64,000 nucleotides of DNA. Origin: Candidatus Aenigmatarchaeota archaeon. Its GTDB lineage: Archaea; Aenigmatarchaeota; Aenigmatarchaeia; GW2011-AR5. Within the stretch, counting starts at the first letter, position 1. Every line of letters begins with the position of its first letter. The notes under the pieces are model-generated. The model was not told the DNA's origin. It made no database searches and saw nothing but the letters and a program-made list of their open reading frames with translations. The stretch covers positions 129,649-193,648 of the forward strand of contig JACPRW010000003.1 in the NCBI GenBank assembly GCA_016193585.1, in the 5' to 3' direction. The translations under genes and the position numbers were made by a program. This document shows positions 1 to 9,505 of this stretch, one piece after another.

Positions 1-43
1 CCTGAGAAGAATATAAAAGTACCTGAATGTCTTGGTAAGGCAG

Positions 44-140
44 TTATAGCAGATTGTAATAATAATGGAACTTTTAGCTGCAATCTGCTATAGGGAAAGA
101 ACATCATAAAATGTTCCAAAATCAATGTTCTTTACTATTA
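44..140 (+). repeat. Miniature hairpin repeat, family R2, copy 1 (about 97 bp). Two internal stem-loops (gcagattg...caatctgc and aaagaacat...atgttcttt), TATAG start and CTATTA end.
   Basis: Near-identical copies at 38195-38291 and 48073-48169, all in + orientation. The internal inverted repeats are directly visible. Confidence 0.7.
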
Positions 141-197
141 TTGTTATTTGTTGTCACGCCATTCTAAAAATGTTCACTAATCAACAGAACATACTAT

Positions 198-292
198 TAT
201 AGAGAATTGCGTTGCTTATGACCTGTGAAAACGCAATTCGCTAGATGAGAAATGCGCAGCCTCTAAGGATATATGCTGCGCATTTCTCCATA
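198..292 (+). repeat. Miniature hairpin repeat, family R3, copy 1 (about 95 bp). Hairpins gaattgcgtt...aacgcaattc and gagaaatgcgcagc...gctgcgcatttctc. Imperfect terminal inverted repeat tatagagaattgc / gcatttctccata.
   Basis: Copies at 25347-25441 and 54620-54713. Stems are conserved while the loops vary. Confidence 0.7.
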
Positions 293-338
293 CATACCGA
301 AAAAGAAGCAGTAACCTCGTGGCTGAAGATTCTCAGCT

Positions 339-435
339 TATAGTGAACCAAGTAAACAATCAGGTATTATATCTTGGTTCACTTATAGCGGACAACAAAA
401 GTACTATGTCGGTATTCTTTTGTTGGTCCACTATA
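339..435 (+). repeat. Miniature hairpin repeat, family R1, copy 1 (97 bp). Hairpins gtgaaccaag...cttggttcac and ggacaacaaaag...cttttgttggtcc. Termini tatagtgaacca / tggtccactata.
   Basis: Seven copies in the window on both strands, about 90-95% identical. Confidence 0.75.
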
Positions 436-525
436 AAGCGTTACGCCTTATTCTAGCACCACGTGCGTCTCTGTCTTCCTCTTTCAATATGGTGAAAGTC
501 GATTCCAGCCTGTTCGCGCCGGAAA

Positions 526-1581
526 TCACGCATCCTCAATCCCATTCTCCGTTATCCTGAAGACGGCCTCGCCTTCGGGGAGGTGCGGCGAATCGATGAG
601 CCGCGCGATGCGCATGCCCTGCTTGCCTTTCCGCAGGTAAATGCGCACGCCGGTCGCGTGCGCGACAATATGCCCGCCTATTGCCGTCGTGGGGTCGCCG
701 AACATGATTGCCGGGTTCGCCATGACCTGGTTGGTGACGTACACGGCAAGATTGTGCATGTCCGCGAGCTTCTGGAGCGCGTGGATGTGCCGGTTGAGTT
801 TCTGCTGGCGCGGCGCCAGTTCTCCTCTCCCTGAATAGTCTGCGCGGAAGTGCGCAGTGAGCGAATCAACGACAATAAGCTTGATGCCCTTTTCCTTGAT
901 GACCTCCTTCGCCTTCTCGGCGAGCATGACCTGGTGGTCGCTGTTGAATGCCCGCCCCACGATGATGTTCTTGAGGACCTTGTTCGGGTCAAGGCCGTGG
1001 TTTTCCGCGATTTGCTTGATACGCTCGGGCTTAAAAGTTGCCTCCGTATCGATCCAGAGGCATGCGCCATTGAGCCCCCCCTTCTCCTTCGGCAGCTGGA
1101 CGTTGATTGCAAGCTGGTAGCCAAGCTGCGTTTTGCTGCTTGCAAACGAGCCGTACGCTTCGGTTATCTGCTGCGTTTCTATCCCGCCGCCGAACAGCGC
1201 GTTGAGCGAGGTGCAGCCGGTCGTTATTTTTCCTATTTCCTTCCGTTTTTCCATTATCTCGATGCCGGTCTTGTAGCCGATATCGAGCTTCGAGCGCGCG
1301 GCAATGATGATTTTCTCAGCAGTCGCCTCGCCGATCTCGCACGCGGCCATGAGCTCGCCGGTAGAGGCAGCCGCAATGGACATCAAATCCTCGTATCCCG
1401 ACTCGCGCAGCTTCTGCGCCCCTTTCGGCCCGACACCCGGCAGGTCCTCGATGGTGGGCTGGGGCGTTGCAGCATCCGTTACATCGTCATGTTCCTCTAT
1501 CGGAATTGGGCTGGCCGAATGCTTTTCGTCGCCGTCTTCCCCGAACTCCTCGTCATTCTTTGCTTTCGATTTCTTCGCCAT
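526..1581 (-). CDS. radA: DNA repair and recombination protein RadA (RecA/Rad51 family), with an N-terminal HhH domain.
   Basis: Full-length similarity to archaeal RadA from protein-family knowledge (HhH motif [13 protein letters not shown], Walker B LIVVDS, conserved C-terminal half). The Walker A region reads GSFASSKTQ rather than the canonical GEFGSGKTQ. Confidence 0.9.
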   Translation of the reverse strand: MAKKSKAKNDEEFGEDGDEKHSASPIPIEEHDDVTDAATPQPTIEDLPGVGPKGAQKLRESGYEDLMSIAAASTGELMAACEIGEATAEKIIIAARSKLDIGYKTGIEIMEKRKEIGKITTGCTSLNALFGGGIETQQITEAYGSFASSKTQLGYQLAINVQLPKEKGGLNGACLWIDTEATFKPERIKQIAENHGLDPNKVLKNIIVGRAFNSDHQVMLAEKAKEVIKEKGIKLIVVDSLTAHFRADYSGRGELAPRQQKLNRHIHALQKLADMHNLAVYVTNQVMANPAIMFGDPTTAIGGHIVAHATGVRIYLRKGKQGMRIARLIDSPHLPEGEAVFRITENGIEDA

Positions 1582-1592
1582 AATAACCCCGT

Positions 1593-2546
1593 TTATGCGG
1601 CAAGGAGCAGCCGTATCTCATCCTTGACAGAGACGTCCTTCACCGCGCTCGCCACGAATTCAAGGCGGTCGAACAGCTTGTTCCTGCGCACTTTTCCCTC
1701 AAACAGGAAATCCTTGCCGAGCGGAATCTTGTCAATGACCGGCCGCACGTTCCTCTTGCGGTCGAACAACTGCCGTGCCTCGTGCTTGTTTATGCCGATG
1801 ACCTTTTCAGCGTGTTCCCGGAACAGCACGGCACGAATGGAGTCGGTGCCGTCGTCGATGATGCCTGAGACGACGATGTCGAAATCAGGCTCGAGCTCTC
1901 CGTGCTCTGCGCATGCGCCTTCCCTCATCCGCGAGCCGCATTGCGGGCACAGCTCAAAAAAGAGCGTCGATTCGAATACCTGCACCAGGCATGCCCTGAC
2001 TTCCCGGTAATGTCCGTCTTTCAGGTCTGCCAGCGTGCTCCGTTCCACGCGGCGCTCGGCAATTTCAGTGATGCGCTCCGCGCTTTTCTGGATGATGCCG
2101 AACCTGCCAAGCCTGAGTTCTGCCGAGCCGGTATTGTCTTCCCGCGCGTGCCCTTTGACATGCACCACGTCGCCCTCGTCGAGCCCCTCTACCTTGTCGA
2201 TTTCGTCGTTCCAGAGCGACATCCGCACAGAGCCGGACCCGTCCGCAAGTATGATGTTCATAACTTTGCCGCTTGCCTTCTCGGTTTTGAATTCGCGTGC
2301 CGGAAAGATTCTCATTACCTTGCCCACGATGTCGACGTTTTTCATGCCGGGGATGATGTGCTGTATATGGAGTCGTTCCTGCTTGCGCAGGAGGCTCAGG
2401 CCAAGCTCCTTGGCAACAATGTACGCGGCTCCTTCCTCTGAGATAAGGCCCGCAAGCTCCCGCTGCTTCTCCGCTATTTTGTGCATGACCTCGTCTTCGT
2501 CAAGTCCAGAATCAGCAGCTATGATTTTAACAAGGTCGGCAAGCAT
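1593..2546 (-). CDS. Replication protein A-like single-stranded DNA-binding protein (OB folds plus a C4 zinc ribbon).
   Basis: OB-fold-like repeats and a CPQCG...C..H zinc ribbon typical of archaeal RPA. It lies adjacent to radA. Confidence 0.75.
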   Translation of the reverse strand: MLADLVKIIAADSGLDEDEVMHKIAEKQRELAGLISEEGAAYIVAKELGLSLLRKQERLHIQHIIPGMKNVDIVGKVMRIFPAREFKTEKASGKVMNIILADGSGSVRMSLWNDEIDKVEGLDEGDVVHVKGHAREDNTGSAELRLGRFGIIQKSAERITEIAERRVERSTLADLKDGHYREVRACLVQVFESTLFFELCPQCGSRMREGACAEHGELEPDFDIVVSGIIDDGTDSIRAVLFREHAEKVIGINKHEARQLFDRKRNVRPVIDKIPLGKDFLFEGKVRRNKLFDRLEFVASAVKDVSVKDEIRLLLAA

Positions 2547-2603
2547 GCAATAACTACAGCGGAAAAATGTTTAAAGGTCAATCAATTTTGCTCTTTAAGA
2601 GCA

Positions 2604-2864
2604 CTATCTGCCGAAGGCTTCATGGTAAAGCGATTCGATGTCCCTTTGTACGTCCTCGATGCCGCTCGCCCTTTTTTCAGCATCGCTGGCCATAGCATAG
2701 GCACGCTGTATCATATCATACGCGGCTTGTAGGGAACGATAATTTCCGAAAAGGCTGTAGTGTGTTGCCTCTGCCCGAGCGCGTGCTACCATAACCCCCA
2801 CCGATGTTTCGGAAGGCAGTTTCCTGAATGTAGCCAACATTTCGTCAGGTATTTTCGCCATCAT
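2604..2864 (-). CDS. Hypothetical protein (86 aa).
   Basis: ORF only. Co-directional and tightly spaced with its neighbours. Confidence 0.35.
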   Translation of the reverse strand: MMAKIPDEMLATFRKLPSETSVGVMVARARAEATHYSLFGNYRSLQAAYDMIQRAYAMASDAEKRASGIEDVQRDIESLYHEAFGR

Positions 2865-2877
2865 AATGCACCTCCAG

Positions 2878-3312
2878 TCACGGTTGCTGCGCCAGTTCCG
2901 CGAGCCTGCGCTGCAGCTGCTGGAAATCCTCAGGAAGTTCTATGCCGCCATCATGCGCATACGTTTCTGCGAGGGTCAGGGCATCATGTGCCTCCCCTAT
3001 TTTTCTTCTCACCGACACTTCATATGACTCCCTTCTCAAGAGAGGAATGTCGGCAGGAGCAGGGATGCCTGCTTTGGCTGCATAACTTTCGGCATGGTGA
3101 AGCCCTTGAAGCACGTGCCTGCCGTACCCCTTTTGCAGGTCATCGCGGGCGCACTGCATGTGCCATTCTGCAGCAGCTTCATAGACAGCTCGGCACAAGT
3201 CAGGAGGGAGGCGCTTTTGATATCGGTTTGCGAGCCGTACAGCGGCTTGAATACGCTTGCTGCGCAAGCAATCCTGCACGTCACGTGCGATCAATTCCCG
3301 TGGATGGGGCAT
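2878..3312 (-). CDS. Hypothetical alpha-helical protein (144 aa).
   Basis: ORF with a non-repetitive protein-like sequence. No recognisable family. Confidence 0.4.
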   Translation of the reverse strand: MPHPRELIARDVQDCLRSKRIQAAVRLANRYQKRLPPDLCRAVYEAAAEWHMQCARDDLQKGYGRHVLQGLHHAESYAAKAGIPAPADIPLLRRESYEVSVRRKIGEAHDALTLAETYAHDGGIELPEDFQQLQRRLAELAQQP

Positions 3313-3345
3313 AAAACTCGTGCGTTAGTACTGCAGAAACAGATA

Positions 3346-3442
3346 TATAGTGGACCAACAAAAGAATACCGACATAGTACTTTTGTTGTCCGCTATAAGT
3401 GAACCAAGATATAATACCTGATTGTTTACTTGGTTCACTATA
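3346..3442 (-). repeat. R1 family repeat, copy 2 (reverse orientation).
   Basis: Reverse complement of copy 1. Confidence 0.75.
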
Positions 3443-3635
3443 AACGCATGCCGCAGGTGGGCGTGGTTGCTTCTAATAAACGCATGGCGGAACGTGCTCT
3501 TCCTGCAGTTACCTGTCCGGTGGCGTATGGATTTCTGTGCACGTTTCAGTGAACGTAACGGGGAATCTATTTTTGTAATGCCAAAATAAACCCGTAACAA
3601 CGCTAACGAGAAGGAATGTAACAACCCTGCACGTT

Positions 3636-3848
3636 TCAGTGCTTCTCCAGAATCTTCTTCGCAAGCCTGATGTCCCGTTTCATGACCGTGCGCCGCTCTG
3701 AGTGCTCGGAAAGCTTCCGCGCCTCCTCGGCGACGAGCCTGGTGCGCTCTTCAAGAACCCGTGCGAGCTCAAGTGCCGCCTTGTCGCTGACGCGCTTGGC
3801 GCCGGCGCGCTTGAACAGGCGGCGCACGGGTTCCAGCGTGAGTTCCAT
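3636..3848 (-). CDS. Archaeal histone (HMf-like histone fold, 70 aa).
   Basis: The sequence MELTLEPVRRLFKRAGAKRVSDKAALELARVLEE...IRLAKKIL matches the archaeal histone fold. The listed ORF starts with GTG 14 codons upstream; the ATG at 3848 gives the typical length. Confidence 0.8.
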   Translation of the reverse strand: MELTLEPVRRLFKRAGAKRVSDKAALELARVLEERTRLVAEEARKLSEHSERRTVMKRDIRLAKKILEKH

Positions 3849-4082
3849 ACATGCATTTGTACCTTCCATGATTAAAAGTGATGCCATCACAAGAGAAAGA
3901 ATACGTCAGAAACTATCGTTCATGAAAAAATTATAACGAACTATAGTTAAGAAAGTCGATGAAAGAATATATAAATATACAACAAAACGTATGATACATC
4001 TACGTTTATAGAAGATATCTGTTACAATACATATGTAAAAACATATTTAAACCCAGGCAGCTATAACTAACGTAAGAAAACT

Positions 4083-4373
4083 ATGACTATCAACGATCTC
4101 GAAGAACTTTTTCTGCGGAAAAAGCCCGTGAGGTTATTGCTCAATATAAAGCTCGGCGGCACGAAGTACGTTTCGATACTCGCGAAGGAAACGGACTGCA
4201 CGTATTCCCATACGGTGAAGCTGCTTGAGCTGTTCCAGAACCTCGGCTTGGTTACGTTCGAGAAGAGCGGCCGCATCAAGTTCGTCAAGCTGTCGGCCGA
4301 AGGCACCGAGCTTGCCGGCGATTTCGAGAATGTGCTGCGCAAATTCGCGAAGCTGAAGCCGAAAAAGAAGTGA
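4083..4373 (+). CDS. Small winged-helix (ArsR/TrmB-like) DNA-binding protein.
   Basis: Size and helix-turn-helix-like segment. Weak family assignment. Confidence 0.5.
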   Translation: MTINDLEELFLRKKPVRLLLNIKLGGTKYVSILAKETDCTYSHTVKLLELFQNLGLVTFEKSGRIKFVKLSAEGTELAGDFENVLRKFAKLKPKKK

Positions 4374-4377
4374 TGTA

Positions 4378-4716
4378 ATGGGAAGGAAGGGGCAGGTGTT
4401 GAACCCGTTCGATACCTGCGGCTGCCCGACGCCGTCCAAAGCAAAAGTGCGGCTGCTGGCAAGAGGCTTGGTCGCGCGCACGCCGCCGGTGAGAAACAGC
4501 TGGCTGCTCGGCAAGATAGCGTACTACCAGCGGTACCTCGACCCGCAGCTGAAAAGAAAACTGGGCGTCAAGAATATCTGCAAGTTCTATCCCAGCTGTT
4601 CTGAATACTCGAAAGCGTCCATCCGGAAGTACGGCCCTGTTTCCGGCGCCGCCCGCACGGCGTGGCGCCTGCTCCGCTGCACGCCGCTCACGTCTGGCGG
4701 GTATGACCCGGTGTGA
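4378..4716 (+). CDS. yidD: YidD-like membrane protein insertion efficiency factor (DUF37). The N-terminus is uncertain and there is a possible internal GTG start near 4488.
   Basis: The C-terminal region CKFYPSCSEY...LLRCTPLTSGGYDPV matches the YidD signature C-x-FYPSCS-x-Y ... RC-x-P-x-GG-x-DP. Confidence 0.7.
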   Translation: MGRKGQVLNPFDTCGCPTPSKAKVRLLARGLVARTPPVRNSWLLGKIAYYQRYLDPQLKRKLGVKNICKFYPSCSEYSKASIRKYGPVSGAARTAWRLLRCTPLTSGGYDPV

Positions 4717-4769
4717 GGGACAGAGAGTGAATAATAAAGTTTCCAATAAATATATCAGAAAAACTATTT

Positions 4770-4850
4770 CTAAATAAGTATCTTATAAAAGATAAGAAAG
4801 AAAATATATTCTGTAGTTTATTTGAGGCGTGTATCGCTCACATAAGAATG
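4770..4850. repeat. AT-rich block, copy A, of an imperfect roughly 75-bp direct repeat (tcttataaaagataagaaagaaaatatat ... tgtatcgctcacataagaa).
   Basis: Second copy at 5710-5795. Confidence 0.45.
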
Positions 4851-4879
4851 GACAAAAAGCCCTGCACGCATAAAGAAGC

Positions 4880-5359
4880 ATGCGCCTCGCGCGGTATGTC
4901 CTCGGACGCAAACGCTTCAACTACCTGAGGGGATTCTTCCCCGTTTTCTCGGTGCAAGCGGTCATCGATTTTGGCGCGGCAGGCAAGCCGCAGGTGCTGC
5001 TGCTCAGACGCGCCGAAGAACCGGCAAAGGGCGAATGGTGGATTCCTGGCGGCATGGTGCTCAAGACAGAATCTTCCGGGAAGGCGCTGCGGCGCATCGT
5101 CAAAAGGGAAACCGGGCTGCGCTGCACCATAGTGCGCCAGCTTCCCAGTGCGCGCGAGGTGTTCAGAAACGTGCCGGGCATACCGGACGGTATCGCTGAT
5201 TGTATGACGGAGAACTACCTTCTCCGGCCACCGCCGCAAGCCCGCATAAAGCTCGATGCAACGTCAACCGATTTCAGGATGGCAACGGCGATAGACAAAG
5301 ACCTCCACCCATATGTCAAAAAGCACCTGATGCACAGCGGGCTGTTCTATAGCAAGTGA
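4880..5359 (+). CDS. NUDIX hydrolase.
   Basis: Nudix-box-like segment GGMVLKTESSGKALRRIVKRETGL. Confidence 0.7.
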   Translation: MRLARYVLGRKRFNYLRGFFPVFSVQAVIDFGAAGKPQVLLLRRAEEPAKGEWWIPGGMVLKTESSGKALRRIVKRETGLRCTIVRQLPSAREVFRNVPGIPDGIADCMTENYLLRPPPQARIKLDATSTDFRMATAIDKDLHPYVKKHLMHSGLFYSK

Positions 5360-5474
5360 CAGAACTCAGACAAAGTTCTGTCCTTGCTGCAAGGAGATGA
5401 TATAGATAATTGCGCAGCTTATGTCGTATTAACGCGCAATTTTCTATAGGTGAATTGCAAATAATATCAGGACA

Positions 5475-5571
5475 TATAGTGAACCAAGTAAATAATTAGG
5501 TATTGTATCTTGGTTCACTTATAGCAGACAACAAAAGTATTATGTCGGTATTCTTTTGTTGGTCCACTATA
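5475..5571 (+). repeat. R1 family repeat, copy 3 (slightly diverged).
   Basis: Same structure as copy 1 with a few substitutions. Confidence 0.75.
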
Positions 5572-5709
5572 ACCAGTGCAATTCACCATATCAGGGACTG
5601 TATGAAAACTAATGCCATCGACTATAGAATCGCATGACGAGGAAATAAATTAACCTACAAACCGGTCGTGAGGGTTATTTATTTACTAGAAGAAATAGTT
5701 TATTAAAAT

Positions 5710-5795
5710 TATTTTATAAAAAATCTTTTATAAAAGATAAAAAGAAATATATATGACACAGAAAACAATATCCTGCCTGTATCCCTCACATAAAA
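5710..5795. repeat. AT-rich block, copy B, of the roughly 75-bp direct repeat (cttttataaaagataaaaagaaatatatat ... tgtatccctcacataaaaaagaa).
   Basis: Matches 4770-4850. Confidence 0.45.
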
Positions 5796-5821
5796 AAGAA
5801 GGCGTCCGGCAGGAGGTAAAA

Positions 5822-6055
5822 CTAGTAGAGGTGTCGGGACTGAACCATCTTGTCTTCGGCGACGCCGTATCTGTCTGCTAATTCGTGCCTCAATCCATCG
5901 ATTGCGCGGTCGCGAGCAGCCATATCGCCTTCTGTGTACGCTCTTTGGAGTTGAACATACCTCAGCTCCCCGCCGCGTACCAAGCTTCTATCCAAGAGGG
6001 CGCTTACCATTACCCTGCGTTGATCCCATTCCACTTTGTAGCTTATCAATGTCAT
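5822..6055 (-). CDS. Hypothetical protein (77 aa).
   Basis: ORF only. Confidence 0.3.
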   Translation of the reverse strand: MTLISYKVEWDQRRVMVSALLDRSLVRGGELRYVQLQRAYTEGDMAARDRAIDGLRHELADRYGVAEDKMVQSRHLY

Positions 6056-6102
6056 AGCATTTAGCTGTCGGATGTTTTTTTAAAGCTAATACAGCACGTG
6101 CG

Positions 6103-6381
6103 CTATTTCCAGGCTTCTTCCCTGAAAATTCTTGCATAATCCCCTATGGTAATGTTGTATCCTTTTTCTATCAGGCGGTCTACGCCTTCCTTAAAGGTCA
6201 TTGCATACTCCATATTGGAGCCTCTACAGGAGCGCAGACTCGACCCGAAGTATTCGCGCAGCTCCTGTCGCGCCGCAGCAAGGGCAGCAGTATCCATGCA
6301 GGTGTCCTGTTCGAAATCCTTAAAACATCCAGTGGCGCACTGAAGGAAACACGATACGAGAGCAAAAATCCCCCACTCCAC
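6103..6381 (-). CDS. Hypothetical Cys-containing protein (92 aa).
   Basis: ORF only. Confidence 0.3.
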   Translation of the reverse strand: MEWGIFALVSCFLQCATGCFKDFEQDTCMDTAALAAARQELREYFGSSLRSCRGSNMEYAMTFKEGVDRLIEKGYNITIGDYARIFREEAWK

Positions 6382-6788
6382 CCTAATTCTGAAGAAAATA
6401 AAGGCTCTTGTGTGTGCAGATATGAAAAGCAGGCTCTACTCTGATCAGGAACCATAATTCCGCCAAGAACCCGTAAGAATCCAGTTTGCCATGGACAGAA
6501 GCATCGCACCCATGGGCAAGGTGGCGTGCCAGAGAAGCGCGTTGCAGGGAAGTTTAAATAACCGCTCCGGCATAATTATGAAAGTGATTGCATGACCGAT
6601 TTTGGCGCTGCGACGAGCAGATGCAGTGGTTGTGATGAACTTGGGTACAGGACGTTCATGGTAAAAAGGCCAAATGGCTGGTATCATCGCAGTCATGTGC
6701 CCCCCTCTGAAGGCGTTTCTTACGCCAGCAGCCTTATCACTCACATAAAAAGAGCCTTAGAAAATGCCCCTTTCTATAGGAGACAGAT

Positions 6789-7229
6789 ATGAAGCCTGAC
6801 TGGGACACGTACTTCATGGGTGTCGCCCACGCAGTCAAGGAGCGGGCATCCTGCAGCAGGCGCAAGGTCGGCGCTATTCTTGTTAAAGACAAGCAGATCG
6901 TATCGTCCGGCTACAACGGCACGCCGGCAGGAGTGAAAAACTGTGACGAAGGCGGCTGCGGCCGGTGCGCTTCCGATACGCCGTCGGGCAAGGACCTTGA
7001 GAAATGCTCGTGCTGCCACGCAGAGGAAAACGCCATCGTGCAGGCAGCCCGGCACGGCATGAACACCGGCGGCGCGACCATGTACACGACCTTCACCGCC
7101 TGCACGCAATGCGCGAAGATGATCATCAACGCCGGCATCAAAAAGGTAGTGGCAGAGCACGATTACCCAGACGATTTAGGAACAAAGCTCCTGAAAGAGG
7201 CGGACGTTGAGCTGGTCAGGCTCAGGTGA
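6789..7229 (+). CDS. dCMP / cytidine-deoxycytidylate deaminase (zinc-dependent).
   Basis: HAEENAI (H-A-E) and CTQCAKMI (PCxxC-type) zinc-binding motifs. Confidence 0.85.
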   Translation: MKPDWDTYFMGVAHAVKERASCSRRKVGAILVKDKQIVSSGYNGTPAGVKNCDEGGCGRCASDTPSGKDLEKCSCCHAEENAIVQAARHGMNTGGATMYTTFTACTQCAKMIINAGIKKVVAEHDYPDDLGTKLLKEADVELVRLR

Positions 7230-7286
7230 TGGTACATCCCCAAAACAAAGAAAGCAGGGGCGCGTGCAAAAGCACTTTCACTAGTC

Positions 7287-7430
7287 ATGGGAGCCGCTGG
7301 CGTAATCCTCTTTTGGCGCGGTGTGTGGGCACTCGCCGACATCACGCCGGTCATTGAGCAGCCATTGGTTTCGATGGTGCTCGGCGCCGTCATTTTATTC
7401 GTGTCGCATCAGTGGTACAGAGAATTATGA
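7287..7430 (+). CDS. Possible small membrane protein (47 aa), not in the ORF track because it is under 60 aa.
   Basis: ATG-initiated hydrophobic ORF between genes. Confidence 0.25.
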   Translation: MGAAGVILFWRGVWALADITPVIEQPLVSMVLGAVILFVSHQWYREL

Positions 7431-7442
7431 AGCGGTGATACG

Positions 7443-7964
7443 ATGCCCAAGAAAAAACTTTCCGACATGGTGTTCCAGCGCATCAGCCCGCCCGACACGA
7501 AGATGGACATGACCGTCGAAGACCTTGCGAATGTGCTCGTGCGCCGCCTTGGATTGAAGCGCAAGGAAAGCAAGGCGCAGCATGCCAAGCTGCTGCTCGA
7601 GCTGCTCAAGTACAAGAAGGATAACGTGCCTGTTTCCGTCGAGAAGATAGCGCAGATTCTCGCGGTTTCGCAGAGCCAGACGTACGAGGAGCTGCGGAAA
7701 TGGCGCTCGCTCGGACTCGTGGAGTTCGTCAAGATTCCTACAGGAACAGATTTTGTGAAAGGCTACATGCTCTCGTCGAACACCGTCAACAGGCTCATGG
7801 ACCGCGTGGAAAGCTCGATGAAGGGCTTCATGCGCAAATCCCGGCGCATCGCCAAGGATTTCGACGACCTTCTTATGTTAGAGATGGCGCGCAGGGAGAA
7901 AGAAGTGAAAGGCGAGGATGTGGCACCGCCAGAAGGCGCCCAGCCGCCTCCGGAGAATACGTAG
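7443..7964 (+). CDS. Hypothetical DNA-binding (winged-helix-like) protein.
   Basis: ORF with an HTH-like region (KIAQILAVSQSQTYEELRKW). Confidence 0.5.
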   Translation: MPKKKLSDMVFQRISPPDTKMDMTVEDLANVLVRRLGLKRKESKAQHAKLLLELLKYKKDNVPVSVEKIAQILAVSQSQTYEELRKWRSLGLVEFVKIPTGTDFVKGYMLSSNTVNRLMDRVESSMKGFMRKSRRIAKDFDDLLMLEMARREKEVKGEDVAPPEGAQPPPENT

Positions 7965-8188
7965 TTTCTTTAGTGAGTGATAACACCGGAAAAATTAAAC
8001 TGCAAAATATATAATTAAAAGTATTAGAAAATAAAAAATATAATTGAATATATATGATGGAATTAGTATTAATATACGGCTGTTATGAAATATACAAAAT
8101 AAAACATAATTTATTATATATATTTCTCAAAGAATAGATTACTGCACGCCCGTTTGTGAGGGTTCAAGTGGCAGCCTATATTATACAG

Positions 8189-8614
8189 CTATTTGCCTTT
8201 ACTTGCAACGGCGTCTTTCGGCACGACGAACGGAAACTGTATCGGCAGCGGCAGCCGCAATTCCTGCGAGATATCGACGGTTTTGGTGAGGCATTTCCTG
8301 AAGATGGCGTTGTATATCTCTGCGGCGACGTCGTCATCAAGCTTCCGTTCCTTCTTCCATCTGTTGAGGATGTCCTTGGTCTTGTCGTTCTGGTAGAGCA
8401 GCTCGCCTTCCATCGCAATTTCGCCGACGTTTGGCTCGTACGTGGTCGTGAACCTGAAGCCGACGGTGAGCACGTCCTTGATAACGGAGAACTCGATGTC
8501 CTTTTTTTCAACGGACTCGATGGCTGGCGAAGAATTGACGCTGATGTTCCCGCTGAAATTCTTGCGTTCGGCAGTTGCCGTGAGCGAGGTAAGATTTATC
8601 CCAATCACAGGCAT
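8189..8614 (-). CDS. Hypothetical protein (141 aa).
   Basis: Protein-like composition. It is divergently arranged from the DJ-1 gene across an AT-rich promoter spacer. The overlapping + frame (8156-8698) was judged spurious. Confidence 0.45.
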   Translation of the reverse strand: MPVIGINLTSLTATAERKNFSGNISVNSSPAIESVEKKDIEFSVIKDVLTVGFRFTTTYEPNVGEIAMEGELLYQNDKTKDILNRWKKERKLDDDVAAEIYNAIFRKCLTKTVDISQELRLPLPIQFPFVVPKDAVASKGK

Positions 8615-8698
8615 GCTCTGTTATATGATGATAAGGCTTTTATATGCATTGAATTTCGGCAGATGATTTTATATCTTCGCGGAAAAATAAACTTCATC

Positions 8699-9235
8699 AT
8701 GCGGGCATTCGTTATTCTTGCAGAGGGCTTCGAGGAAATCGAGGCATTTACCGTCATCGATGTCCTGCGCCGCGCCAAAATCGACACTGCGTCTGTCGGG
8801 CTGATATCGAAAGTCGTCTCTGGTGCGCATGGCATCACGACGATGGCAGAATACGTCCTGAGCGACATCAAGCCCGACAATTTCGACATGGTCATCCTGC
8901 CGGGCGGCGACCCGGGCTACAGGAACCTCGCGAACAGCGAGAAGGTGCTTTCGATAGTGAAAGACTACAACAAGAAGAGGAAATTCATCGCCGCAATCTG
9001 CGCCGCGCCGTACGTGCTCGCGAAAGCCGGCGTCCTTGACGACAAGATAGCGACCATCTATCCCGGCATGGAGAGCAAGATTCCGAAGCCCCGCGACGCC
9101 AAGGTCGTCGTCCACGACAACATTATCACGTCAAAGTCGCCGGGAACCGCAATGGATTTTGCGGTGAAGCTCGCCGAGATATTGGCAGGCAAGGCGGCGG
9201 CCCGCAAGGTGAGCAACGACCTTGTTTTGTCCTAA
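8699..9235 (+). CDS. DJ-1/PfpI family protein (intracellular protease/amidase or deglycase).
   Basis: DJ-1/PfpI fold signature with the nucleophile-elbow Cys in AAICAAP. Real start is the ATG at 8699. Confidence 0.85.
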   Translation: MRAFVILAEGFEEIEAFTVIDVLRRAKIDTASVGLISKVVSGAHGITTMAEYVLSDIKPDNFDMVILPGGDPGYRNLANSEKVLSIVKDYNKKRKFIAAICAAPYVLAKAGVLDDKIATIYPGMESKIPKPRDAKVVVHDNIITSKSPGTAMDFAVKLAEILAGKAAARKVSNDLVLS

Positions 9236-9250
9236 TGATTTTTAGGACGT

Positions 9251-9505
9251 ATGGAAGGTGACAGCATGAACCTGAGCAAGACGGAGAAGAAAATACTGCA
9301 GCTCATCGCCGAGCAGAGCCTAATAACGAAGCTCGAAATGAAAAGGCATCTCCGTGGCGATGGGATAGGCGAGTCAAGCCTTGGCGAGGTCGTCGACACC
9401 GTAACGAGGAACCTCATCGACAAGAAGCTCATCGCTTCGCTGAGACCTCTGGGCTCGACCTGCTTCGTCATCACGCAGCGCGGCTCGCAGATGCTGCAGG
9501 AGTGA
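9251..9505 (+). CDS. Small winged-HTH transcription regulator.
   Basis: KKILQLIAEQSLITKLEMKRHL HTH-like region. Size is typical of MarR/TrmB-like mini-regulators. Confidence 0.5.
   Translation: MEGDSMNLSKTEKKILQLIAEQSLITKLEMKRHLRGDGIGESSLGEVVDTVTRNLIDKKLIASLRPLGSTCFVITQRGSQMLQE

Noticed and set aside
850-2010. 386-aa ORF on the + strand
   Set aside because: Entirely antisense to radA and the RPA gene. High-GC genomes produce long stop-free antisense frames. Its composition is Arg/Leu-rich and not protein-like.
6381-6790. Overlapping ORFs 6198-6509, 6445-6744 and 6592-6792
   Set aside because: They are mutually exclusive frames in a GC-rich 400-bp gap with no recognisable family. Possibly a decayed gene, but nothing can be supported.
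7965-8188. Very AT-rich 220-bp spacer, considered as a replication origin
   Set aside because: It lies between convergent genes, has no ORB-like repeated motifs, and no cdc6/orc1 gene is nearby. More likely a pair of terminators.
8156-8698. 5' part of the 359-aa + strand ORF that fuses into the DJ-1/PfpI gene
   Set aside because: The DJ-1 homology starts at the ATG at 8699, after an AT-rich promoter-like spacer. The upstream portion overlaps a more protein-like - strand ORF (8189-8614).
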